Below are positions 1-8,479 of a stretch of DNA of 37,958 nucleotides, one piece after another. Both the position numbers and the translations under genes were made by a program. The notes beneath the pieces were generated by a model. The model did no database searches. It saw nothing but the letters and a program-made list of their open reading frames with translations, and had not been told where the DNA came from. How positions within the stretch are numbered: the stretch's first letter is position 1; each line of letters opens with the position of its first letter. This DNA is from a virus (lineage: Duplodnaviria; Caudoviricetes), in the IMG/VR virus record IMGVR_UViG_3300030372_002658, positions 1 to 37,958 of that record; one strand, written 5' to 3'.

Positions 1-161
1 TAATTATGATTATCTTTACTAAGTCTTTCAGCTCTTTTAATTGATTGGTCGTGGTAATTTTCAACACCATCTGTGTAACTACTAAACTTAGTTCTTTTTT
101 TAATAAAAATTTCATTGTTGTTAATAAAACTTTTAATTGTTGATCTTGTTATCTTTGTCAT
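1..161 (-). CDS. 5' part of a second allele of the 37479-37808 hypothetical early gene (truncated by window edge)
   Basis: ATG at 161 after TGGAG RBS; translates MTKITRSTIKSFINNNEIFIKKRTKFSSYTDG, two amino-acid differences from the copy at the right end. Confidence 0.85.
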   Translation of the reverse strand, partial: MTKITRSTIKSFINNNEIFIKKRTKFSSYTDGVENYHDQSIKRAERLSKDNHN

Positions 162-172
162 TTTCATCTCCA

Positions 173-403
173 TTATTTGTAATATTTATTAATTTTGTTA
201 AGAACTTGCTTCATAGCTCTTTGTTCATTTCTTCTCATTTTTAGTGTGCCTTTGGTTTGTTCTGATAAGTAAGTATCATCAGTAAACCGCTTAACATCAT
301 CTTCAGATTCTGCAACTAAATCAGTAAGCTCATATACTCTAGCTTCTACATTAATTCTAAGTTCTTCAATTTGGTTTTCGGTAAGTTCTAATTTGTATTT
401 CAT
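173..403 (-). CDS. Small helical/coiled-coil hypothetical early protein (~76 aa), cassette-like
   Basis: ORF 173..415; likely start ATG 403 after AATGGAGATAAAA; stop TAA overlaps RBS of next gene. Confidence 0.8.
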   Translation of the reverse strand: MKYKLELTENQIEELRINVEARVYELTDLVAESEDDVKRFTDDTYLSEQTKGTLKMRRNEQRAMKQVLNKINKYYK

Positions 404-428
404 TTTTATCTCCATTTCTTACACTATT

Positions 429-457
429 AATATTGCATTTATGACAAATAATGTCAA
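429..457 (-). promoter_or_regulatory. Sigma70-type early promoter with TGAC-N7-GTCA palindrome over -35
   Basis: TTGACA-17nt-AATATT on minus strand just upstream of the RBS; palindrome at 442-456. Confidence 0.6.
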
Positions 458-582
458 TAGATTAAATACAATTAATTACATTTTTTTGACATAATTAAAT
501 AAATCGTGATACATATTAAACAATGACTTAGTTATTTTATTAATTGGAATAGGGGTAGCAAGTAAGAAAGGTTTGGATTTTT

Positions 583-969
583 ATGGTCAAGGAAGCAAAT
601 AAAAGCGATTTAAACGACAAAACACCAGTAAAAAGGGGTAGAGGTCGCCCTAAAGGAAGCGTCACTAATAAACAAAAGCAGGGCGCATATAACATCTTTA
701 AACGCAGCTTTGGGTATGCTTTAGATGAAATGGCAAATCGTAGGGATAAACCATTACACGATCTTATTAATGACGCTTTAACGAATGATATAAGGGATAT
801 AAGTAAGTTTGCGTTCTTATTCCCACAGCAGAACCAGCTTAACATAAAAGCAGATAGCCTAGTTAAGTCCATAGGAGTAGTAGCAGACCGCATTAAAGAT
901 TATAAAAGGGAAGAAAGACTAACTAAAGCAAAGACAATAGATATAACCCCAACTAAGATCGAGGAATAG
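583..969 (+). CDS. terS: Putative terminase small subunit
   Basis: N-terminal AT-hook-like KRGRGRPKGS motif, 128 aa, C-terminal IDITP motif, upstream of terL. Confidence 0.65.
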   Translation: MVKEANKSDLNDKTPVKRGRGRPKGSVTNKQKQGAYNIFKRSFGYALDEMANRRDKPLHDLINDALTNDIRDISKFAFLFPQQNQLNIKADSLVKSIGVVADRIKDYKREERLTKAKTIDITPTKIEE

Positions 970-1086
970 GCTAAATAGATATAATTATAGGCATTTTAGA
1001 CCCCCCCTTTAATTTGTGTGCCGCCCTTTAGTGTAATAATAATTATACCCCTACTTTAACCCCTTTAAAAAAAATTTTTTTGGCAT

Positions 1087-1112
1087 AAAAAAAGGGGGTA
1101 TTAAAACCCCCT
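1087..1112 (-). terminator. Rho-independent terminator of the 1134-1445 gene
   Basis: Minus strand AGGGGGT-TTTAAT-ACCCCCT followed by T-run. Confidence 0.8.
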
Positions 1113-1133
1113 AATTTTAAAATATTTTTAATT

Positions 1134-1445
1134 TCATTTTGCCAAACAATGTTTCATTCCATCATGAGATATTAAAAATTGCATAAAACCTTTATCACTT
1201 TCAACATCTTCTACTGGATATATTAAACCTTTTTCTTGTAAAGATGTGAAAACGCCACCTATGCTTTGTTTTGACATTTTCGTAAAACCTACTTGATACC
1301 ATATATCAAATACATCAACATACCATTCAACTATATCATCTATATCATCAACTGTAAGTTCTTCTCTTTTAAAAGAATTACAAGCAGTTAGTGTGTAGTC
1401 AAAAATTTCATTTAAAATTTTATTTTCTTTTTCTGTTAGTTCCAT
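1134..1445 (-). CDS. Acidic winged-helix-like hypothetical protein; moron-like unit between terS and terL
   Basis: 103-aa ORF with AATGGAGAT RBS, own promoter and terminator; SKQSIGGVFTSLQEKGLI resembles a wHTH recognition helix plus wing. Confidence 0.7.
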   Translation of the reverse strand: MELTEKENKILNEIFDYTLTACNSFKREELTVDDIDDIVEWYVDVFDIWYQVGFTKMSKQSIGGVFTSLQEKGLIYPVEDVESDKGFMQFLISHDGMKHCLAK

Positions 1446-1477
1446 GTTTAATCTCCATTAAGTTAGTTATACCTGTA

Positions 1478-1506
1478 AATATAATTATAATGACATAATA
1501 AGTCAA
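1478..1506 (-). promoter_or_regulatory. Sigma70-type promoter with TGAC-N7-GTCA palindrome
   Basis: TTGACT-17nt-TATATT on minus strand; palindrome at 1491-1505. Confidence 0.7.
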
Positions 1507-1558
1507 TAGATTTATGAAAAAAATTTGAAAATTATGTGCTTTTTTTTGTTTATGATTT

Positions 1559-1584
1559 GTTCACGATTTGTTCTTATTTTGTTC
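1559..1584. promoter_or_regulatory. Alphaproteobacterial LexA (SOS) box, tandem triple half-site
   Basis: GTTC-ACGATTT-GTTC-TTATTTT-GTTC, two overlapping perfect GTTC-N7-GTTC sites. Confidence 0.7.
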
Positions 1585-1585
1585 T

Positions 1586-1601
1586 ATACTAGATATTGTG
1601 T
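1586..1601. promoter_or_regulatory. NrdR box
   Basis: ATACTAGATATTGTGT matches the consensus acaCwAtATaTwGtgt at 14/16 positions. Confidence 0.55.
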
Positions 1602-1774
1602 TGACAAACCACCACAAATCACTAAATATGACAAAATTGGTATAGTTATGTCATATCCTCCCTACTAACAACGCAGTAAAAAAAATGGCGACATAACGAT
1701 ATACCCTTGCAAGGTAGGGGTGGCAGGTTTTTAACATACCATTTTCCCCTGTTCACCCCTCATTAAAGGATTAT

Positions 1775-3172
1775 ATGGAAAATTTAGAGGACATATTAGA
1801 AGAATTAGCGGCAGACCCTGTAATGTTTGTAGAAGCTATGTTGGGTGCAAAACCTGAAAAATGGCAAAAAGAATTTTTATTAAATGTGAGGGATAACCCT
1901 AGATGTGCTGTTAAGTCAGGGCATGGTGTAGGAAAAACAGCTGTGTTATCATGGTTAATATTATGGTGGTTACTCACTCGTCACCCATGTAAAGTTGTTT
2001 GTACAGCAAATACAGCACATCAATTAGCAGATGTGTTATGGGCGGAAGCGAAGAAATGGGGTCGGCAATTACCTGACGCATTTTATCAGCAGCTTGAAAT
2101 GAAATCGGATAAAATTAATTTAGAGGGTGCAAATGATAGTTACGCTGTGGCTCGTGTGTCAAGGCGTGAAAACCCTGAAGCACTACAAGGCTTTCATAGT
2201 GACAATTTATTGTTCATAATAGATGAAGCAAGTGGTGTTGACGATATGATCTTTGAGGTTGGTGAGGGTTCGTTATCTACGCCAAATGCTAAAGTCGTAA
2301 TGACAGGCAACCCAACACGAACAAGTGGCTATTTCTTTAATGCCTTTTCCGCTATGCGTGATAGATGGACATTACAAACAGTCGCTTGTAAAGATAGTTC
2401 GCAAGTGTCCGAAGAATATATTGAGGATATGGCGATTAAATATGGTGATGACTCAAATGTATATCGTGTACGAGTTTTAGGTGAATTTCCTAGAGCCGAA
2501 GATGATACAGTTATTCCACTATATATGGTGGAAAGTTCCTTAAAACGAGAAATAGAAGTTGACCCATATACCCCTGTTGTTTGGGGATTAGATGTTGCCG
2601 CCTTTGGTAGCGATAGAACCGCATTATGTAAAAGGCGTGGTAATGAGGTGACCGAACCTATTAAGTCTTGGCAGGGAAAAGATTTAATGGAAACTGTCGG
2701 TATGGTTGTTCAAGAATACGAAATGTGTAGTTATAAGGATAAACCTGCCGATATTATGGTTGATACTATTGGTATTGGTAGTGGTGTATGTTCTCGATTA
2801 GCAGAATTAGACCTACCTGCAAGACCCATACAAGTTAGTGAAAGCCCTAGTATGCGTGATAAATATATGCGTTTGCGTGATGAATTATGGTTTCGAGCTA
2901 GAGAATGGTTTGAGGGTCGTGATGTGTATTTAGTGCAAGACGACAAGTTAATAGAAGAACTTATTGCACCTCGTTTTAAAATTACAAGTGCTGGAAAAAT
3001 AAAAGTTGAAGCCAAAGATGAATTTAAGAAAAGATTGGGTGGTCGTTCTTGTGATTTGGCAGACGCATTTTGTTTAACCTTTGCACAACAAGCGTTTACA
3101 GCGTCTGTTCGTGGCACACAACATAATTGGAATAAGCCAATACATTACAAGGATAGTACATGGATAACATGA
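1775..3172 (+). CDS. terL: Terminase large subunit
   Basis: Walker A (SGHGVGKT), Walker B (FIIDEASG), motif III (MTGNPT), RNase H nuclease acidic motifs (GLDVA, DTIGIG, DLADA). Confidence 0.97.
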   Translation: MENLEDILEELAADPVMFVEAMLGAKPEKWQKEFLLNVRDNPRCAVKSGHGVGKTAVLSWLILWWLLTRHPCKVVCTANTAHQLADVLWAEAKKWGRQLPDAFYQQLEMKSDKINLEGANDSYAVARVSRRENPEALQGFHSDNLLFIIDEASGVDDMIFEVGEGSLSTPNAKVVMTGNPTRTSGYFFNAFSAMRDRWTLQTVACKDSSQVSEEYIEDMAIKYGDDSNVYRVRVLGEFPRAEDDTVIPLYMVESSLKREIEVDPYTPVVWGLDVAAFGSDRTALCKRRGNEVTEPIKSWQGKDLMETVGMVVQEYEMCSYKDKPADIMVDTIGIGSGVCSRLAELDLPARPIQVSESPSMRDKYMRLRDELWFRAREWFEGRDVYLVQDDKLIEELIAPRFKITSAGKIKVEAKDEFKKRLGGRSCDLADAFCLTFAQQAFTASVRGTQHNWNKPIHYKDSTWIT

Positions 3173-3429
3173 AATATGATTTAATATTTGAGCCTGACGA
3201 AGAAATGGAAAAATTTGTTGCGGAAAATCCTGTAACCCATGCTTTGTTGTCACATCTTATTGATGAGCTTGAGGAAATGAATCAAAACATTGGAAATTGG
3301 GCGTATTTAACAGATGTCGTGTTAGCCGCTGCCGCTTTTTCATTTTATCGTGCAGGTGGCACAAATGATGAATTTATGGAAAAACTACAAAGCGTAGATA
3401 TTAGACCTGACATTAGTAAATTAAATTAG
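3160..3429 (+). CDS. Hypothetical protein
   Basis: 89-aa ORF overlapping the terL end. Confidence 0.7.
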   Translation: MDNMKYDLIFEPDEEMEKFVAENPVTHALLSHLIDELEEMNQNIGNWAYLTDVVLAAAAFSFYRAGGTNDEFMEKLQSVDIRPDISKLN

Positions 3430-3437
3430 GAGAAACT

Positions 3438-3551
3438 ATGGAAATACTAAAAAACATATTTAATTATGTAAAAAATCACTCGTGGGATTATGTAGATGCT
3501 GCATTAGGCGGCATTATCGTACTCCTTTTATTAATTTTAACAATAGGATAA
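3438..3551 (+). CDS. Small single-TM peptide (37 aa)
   Basis: AGGAGA RBS; MEILKNIFNYVKNHSWDYVDAALGGIIVLLLLILTIG; below ORF-track cutoff. Confidence 0.6.
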   Translation: MEILKNIFNYVKNHSWDYVDAALGGIIVLLLLILTIG

Positions 3552-3555
3552 TACA

Positions 3556-3651
3556 ATGCAAAGAAGCCAAGCACTTGATATAGATAAGCAGAAGAAAAAA
3601 GAACAAGAAGAAAAAAAAGCTGCTGAAAAGAAAAAATCATCTAAAAAATAG
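3556..3651 (+). CDS. Small Lys/Glu-rich peptide (31 aa)
   Basis: MQRSQALDIDKQKKKEQEEKKAAEKKKSSKK fills the gap before portal; AGGA upstream. Confidence 0.45.
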   Translation: MQRSQALDIDKQKKKEQEEKKAAEKKKSSKK

Positions 3652-3659
3652 GTTACATT

Positions 3660-5666
3660 ATGAATGAACTAGAGTTTCAGGCTTTAGTGCGTAATGAGAT
3701 TGAAAACGCATTAGGGTTTTATGATAGCGAATATGGCATAGATCGTATTCGTGCTATGGACTATTACATGGGCGAAAAGTTTGGTAATGAACAAGAGGGT
3801 CGTTCTCAAGTTGTTACCACAGAGGTTGCCGATACCATAGAATTTATCATGCCAAGCCTTATGCGTACATTTACACAAACTGACAATTTTGTTGAGTTTA
3901 TGCCAAGACATGAAGAAGATGTTGAGGGTGCAAAACAAGCCACATCATACGCTAATTATGTCATTAACTGTCAAAACAATGGTTTTGTTATATTGCATAA
4001 CTTTTTTAAAGACGCTTTATTACAAAAACTAGGCGTTGTTAAAGTCTATTATGATGAAACCGAAAATGTCGAAGAAGAAACCTACACAGGACTATCTGAT
4101 GATGAATTAACTTTATTACTACAAGACGATACTATTGAAATTGTTGAACAAACCCAAAATGATTTACAATCAAACGAAATAGACGAAATGGGTACACCTA
4201 TTGTTGAGGACTACATTAGGCATGATGTTACAATAAAACGCACTATGTATGATGGTATGATACGAGTTGACAACATACCCCCTGAAGAATTTTTAGTAAA
4301 CAAAAGAGCCGCTTCCATAGATGAAGCTGATTTTGTTGCACATAGAACGACAATGAAAGTAAGTGACCTTATACAAATGGGTTATGATAGAGAACTTGTT
4401 GAAAAATACGCAGGTCATAGTGAACTTGATAATGACCAAGAAGTACAAAATCGTTTTGAAGATGTAGAGTCAGGAACAGATACCGATAGCTCTGATATGT
4501 CAATGCGTGATGTTTTAGTCACAGAAGCCTATATTAAAGCAGATTATGATGGTGATGGTATTGCAGAATTACGCAGAGTTGTAGCGTTAGGTTCAAGTTT
4601 TGAAATAGTAGAAAACGATACATTTGACCACATACCTTTTGCGTGTCTATCACCAATATTAATGCCACATAGATTAGTTGGTCGTAGTTTGGCAGAATTA
4701 ATTATGGATATACAGATGATTAAATCAACTGTAATGCGTCAATTATTAGATAATATTTATCTTACAAACAATGTAAGAGTTGCCGCTGTTGAGGGTCAGG
4801 TTAATATTGACGATCTTTTAAATTCACGAGCAGGTGGTATTGTGCGTGTGCGTCAACCCAATGCACTACAACCTTTACAACCACAACTTATCGGTCAAAA
4901 CGCATTTAGCTTGTTACAATATCTTGACGACTTAAAAGAACAAAGAACAGGATTATCAAAAGCGTCTATGGGATTAGATGCGGATTCCTTGCAAAGCACA
5001 ACAGCTACCGCAGTTGCTGCACAAATGTCAGCAGCACAAGGTAAAATAGAAATGATAGCACGAGTTTTTGCTGAAACAGGTGTTAAAGACTTATTTCAGC
5101 TAATACTAACATTATGCTTACATCATGGCAAAAAAGACCAAATGATACGACTAAACAATAAGTTTGTGCCGATTGACCCTAGCAACTGGAAACATGAATA
5201 CGATATTACTGTAAATGTTGGACTAGGAAGCGGTCAAACTAACGAAAAAATGGCGTTCTTAAACATGATAGCACAAAAACAAGAGCAAATATTGTTACAA
5301 ACTGGCGTTGAAAACCCATTAGTTAGTATGCAACAATATCGTAATACTCTTGCTGAACTTGCAGGTATGGCAGGATTTAAAGACGCTTCACGATTCTTTA
5401 AAAATCCTGAAGATACACCACCACAACCACAACAACCGCCACCACCTAGTGAAGCAGAATTAAAAATGCAATTTGAACAGCAAAAATTACAAGCGGAATT
5501 AGAACTACAAAAACAAAAACAAGAAGCGGAATTAGCATTGAAACGAGAAGAATTGCAAATGAAAATGCAAATACGACAAGAAGAATTACGCTATGAAGCA
5601 CAGTTACGAGGTTTTGAACAGCAAATGGGCGGTGAGCCATCTACAAATTTACCAAGAGTTGAATAA
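3660..5666 (+). CDS. Portal protein (P22-like, long C-terminal Q-rich barrel)
   Basis: 668 aa after terL; GRSQVVTTEVADT, FKDALLQKLGVVKV, PHRLVGRS motifs; C-terminal coiled coil. Confidence 0.93.
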   Translation: MNELEFQALVRNEIENALGFYDSEYGIDRIRAMDYYMGEKFGNEQEGRSQVVTTEVADTIEFIMPSLMRTFTQTDNFVEFMPRHEEDVEGAKQATSYANYVINCQNNGFVILHNFFKDALLQKLGVVKVYYDETENVEEETYTGLSDDELTLLLQDDTIEIVEQTQNDLQSNEIDEMGTPIVEDYIRHDVTIKRTMYDGMIRVDNIPPEEFLVNKRAASIDEADFVAHRTTMKVSDLIQMGYDRELVEKYAGHSELDNDQEVQNRFEDVESGTDTDSSDMSMRDVLVTEAYIKADYDGDGIAELRRVVALGSSFEIVENDTFDHIPFACLSPILMPHRLVGRSLAELIMDIQMIKSTVMRQLLDNIYLTNNVRVAAVEGQVNIDDLLNSRAGGIVRVRQPNALQPLQPQLIGQNAFSLLQYLDDLKEQRTGLSKASMGLDADSLQSTTATAVAAQMSAAQGKIEMIARVFAETGVKDLFQLILTLCLHHGKKDQMIRLNNKFVPIDPSNWKHEYDITVNVGLGSGQTNEKMAFLNMIAQKQEQILLQTGVENPLVSMQQYRNTLAELAGMAGFKDASRFFKNPEDTPPQPQQPPPPSEAELKMQFEQQKLQAELELQKQKQEAELALKREELQMKMQIRQEELRYEAQLRGFEQQMGGEPSTNLPRVE

Positions 5667-8179
5667 TGGTTGATATACCTAATTGGCTTTTAGAACAATA
5701 TCCTGATTTTCAATGGGGTGGAGTTGTTACAAATCCACCATTTGGTTCTTCTATGCCATTAGACCAAGATGCTACCAATGTGATATTACGAGAGTTACAG
5801 ACTAATAATTCACAAACACAAAATAGGAACACAATGGAAGATGAAACATTAGACGCTTTAACTGCATTATATAGCACATACCCAACATCAAAAAATGTAG
5901 ATTATTCAGCGTTTATGCGTGATTTTCAACCTGTGGAAAGTTATCCAAATTACTTTGTGCCGCAACAAGGTTTATTACAAAATACACCTACATTAGACAC
6001 ATTGTCAGATTTGGATATTATGCAGCAAAGACCACAATCTTTGTTAGATATGATTAATTTATACCCAACACTTGAAAATGATTTTCAACGCAGTTTTGCT
6101 GTAAATCCTGATACATATAATATGAATGTATATGAGCCATTACCTTATGACGAAAATTATTGGAAAAGTAAGGTTGCTGGAACTGGTGGAACAGGTGGTA
6201 GTGATATTGATTTATCTGATCTTGCTACAGTTGCAACAGGTTTAGGAGTAATAACTTCAGGTATTGATGGTACAGATACAACCATAGAAACTACAGATGA
6301 AAGTGGAAGTACAGGTGTTGATTCTACTATTGATTTAGGAACTACAACAATTAATACTATTGATTATGACCCTAACACAACTGATAATACTATTGAAATA
6401 GGAACAACAGATACAAATTTACTAACAGATGAAAGTTCATCAACAACTGATAATACAGTTGAAATTGGCTCGACAGAAACAAGTTTGCTTACATCAGATG
6501 GTGACAGCGAAAGTGGCAATCAAACAATAGAAACAACAACTGTTGGTGGTGTGCAATCAGGTAGTGGTTTTACTAATAAAAATGAAACAGATAATACAGT
6601 TGAAACTGATGAGGATATAGACACCTCAATTAAAGTTGATACTAATATTAATGCAAATGATGCAACATTATTAATTGATGAATTGCTTAGTAATAATGTT
6701 ATAACTGCTTCTGAATATGAAAAATTAAATCAAACAATAGAAACAAGCACAACTGGCTTTGATATTTCAAAAAATTTAGTTACTGGATTAAACACGATAC
6801 AAAGTGTAAAAGATTTAGGCGGTGCAACTAGAATTTTAGGTGGTGATGTTAATGAATCTAACTTTCTTAGACCTGCCGACCAATCAATAACATCAAATGT
6901 TAGTCTTGATGGTACTGTGGATTTATCAACAAATCTTGGTCAAGTAGGTTTTACTCCAACAGGTATTCCAGCATATAACACTTTTACAAGTAATGGTCAG
7001 AGTTTTTATCAGGTTTATGATGATGGTAGGCTTATATGGACAAAAGCTACAACAAACCCTGTTGGTGGAAGAACAATTTTAGTAGAAGTAAGTGACCCTA
7101 GAAATGTTTTTGAAAAAGGTTTTGACGCTGCAAGTCAAGGAATATCAAAAATTTTAAATACAACATTACTTGAGGGTACAGGTGGCACAGGATATTTAGG
7201 TAATTTAACTAATGTAAATGTTGGTGAAGCAATATCAGGTGTTGGCATGGCTTTAAGTTTAGCAGACGCTATTGATGATGCAAATGTTGGTAATGTTCTT
7301 GGAACTGCAGCAGGTGCTGCAGGTTTAGGTTTATTTGGCACAGGCGCACAAACAGTAGCTGCACCAGTTTTAGGGCAAGTTGCTTTAATAGCATCATTAG
7401 CAGGTCTAGGACAACCTGACCCATCAAATATGACTGGTTTTGGTGGTAGTGATGTAGGAACTGGTGAGAATGTTAGTTTTGGTATGCAAGGCGATAAGTT
7501 TAGTGAAGATAATGTAAATGCTGCAGGTAATATTGCTAGTGTTATGGGTAATGTTGTAAACAATATAACGAGTTCATTTGGTTTAAATGCACAAGGTGAC
7601 ATACTTGCACAAACAGGAGATCGTGACCCACTTAATATAACTTTTGGCGACCAAGAATCAACTCAAACATTAGACGATAGATTAAATTACAGTTCAGAAA
7701 CTGGCGACATTACAAACTCTAATGATGATATTACAAGATTATATTATACAGGTCGTGATGGTAATGATGGTGCAACTTTAGCTAATAATTTAGTTAAAGG
7801 AACAACCTTACTATCACTAAAAGCTCTTGCAAATGGTGAAGATAGCATAAATATCGCAGACATTACATTACCAGCAAGGTCTGCAGATGATGTTAAAAAT
7901 ACTTATTTATCACAAGGTTTTGATGAAGTAGCTGCAGATGCCTTAACAGGTGCAGCTCGTAGTGCAAGTGGAGCAACTTCTGAATTATTAGGTGGATTAT
8001 TGTTAGCCAACACAACTAATGAAGCTAATTATTTAACTGATACTGAAAGAACAAGTTTATTAGAAAAAGGATTTACAAACGAACAGCTAGACACAATGTT
8101 GTATGGCACAATGGAAGAAACTTTAGCTGCAACAAGTCTTTTAAGTGCTAATGAGGAAAATAACGAAGAAAACATATAG
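5666..8179 (+). CDS. Large T/D/G-rich low-complexity protein, possible internal virion/ejection protein
   Basis: 837-aa ORF translationally coupled to portal; acidic Thr-rich repeats and a Gly/Ala hydrophobic stretch. Confidence 0.6.
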   Translation: MVDIPNWLLEQYPDFQWGGVVTNPPFGSSMPLDQDATNVILRELQTNNSQTQNRNTMEDETLDALTALYSTYPTSKNVDYSAFMRDFQPVESYPNYFVPQQGLLQNTPTLDTLSDLDIMQQRPQSLLDMINLYPTLENDFQRSFAVNPDTYNMNVYEPLPYDENYWKSKVAGTGGTGGSDIDLSDLATVATGLGVITSGIDGTDTTIETTDESGSTGVDSTIDLGTTTINTIDYDPNTTDNTIEIGTTDTNLLTDESSSTTDNTVEIGSTETSLLTSDGDSESGNQTIETTTVGGVQSGSGFTNKNETDNTVETDEDIDTSIKVDTNINANDATLLIDELLSNNVITASEYEKLNQTIETSTTGFDISKNLVTGLNTIQSVKDLGGATRILGGDVNESNFLRPADQSITSNVSLDGTVDLSTNLGQVGFTPTGIPAYNTFTSNGQSFYQVYDDGRLIWTKATTNPVGGRTILVEVSDPRNVFEKGFDAASQGISKILNTTLLEGTGGTGYLGNLTNVNVGEAISGVGMALSLADAIDDANVGNVLGTAAGAAGLGLFGTGAQTVAAPVLGQVALIASLAGLGQPDPSNMTGFGGSDVGTGENVSFGMQGDKFSEDNVNAAGNIASVMGNVVNNITSSFGLNAQGDILAQTGDRDPLNITFGDQESTQTLDDRLNYSSETGDITNSNDDITRLYYTGRDGNDGATLANNLVKGTTLLSLKALANGEDSINIADITLPARSADDVKNTYLSQGFDEVAADALTGAARSASGATSELLGGLLLANTTNEANYLTDTERTSLLEKGFTNEQLDTMLYGTMEETLAATSLLSANEENNEENI
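6377..6493 (+). repeat. 66-bp (22-aa) degenerate tandem repeat
   Basis: TTDNTIEIGTTDTNLLT / TTDNTVEIGSTETSLLT. Confidence 0.75.
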
Positions 8180-8187
8180 AGGAAAAA

Positions 8188-8448
8188 ATGGTAAAAATAG
8201 AGAATTTAGAAAAGGATAAAGCTCGTGCCGAACAAGCACAAGCATTATTACGAAACGAAATATTACAAGAGGCTTTTACATATTTAGAGGAACAATACCA
8301 TATTGCATGGGCTAATAGTTCGCTAGACCAAAAAGACCCTCGTGAAAAAGTTTTTATGATGTTGACAACGCTTAAAGCTGTTAAGCAACACATAGAAAAT
8401 GTCGTTACTGATGGTAAATTAGCTGACGACACCTTAAACCAACTATGA
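8188..8448 (+). CDS. Small conserved head-module protein before scaffold
   Basis: 86 aa; AQALLRNEILQEAF...REKVF pattern and position are typical of this podovirus type. Confidence 0.75.
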   Translation: MVKIENLEKDKARAEQAQALLRNEILQEAFTYLEEQYHIAWANSSLDQKDPREKVFMMLTTLKAVKQHIENVVTDGKLADDTLNQL

Positions 8449-8479
8449 CCAAGCATTTAGCAGTCAAAAGGAGAAAAAC

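Larger units (their letters stand above)
1..552. repeat. Imperfect terminal repeat (circular overlap), left copy; includes a 242-bp insert absent from the right copy
   Basis: 1-174 aligns to 37648-37821 (few SNPs) and 408-552 aligns to 37813-37958 (few SNPs, 1 indel). Confidence 0.95.

Noticed and set aside
1-552. Terminal repeat read as a true T7-like direct terminal repeat
   Set aside because: The copies differ by SNPs and a 242-bp indel and start mid-gene; better explained as circular overlap of two population alleles.
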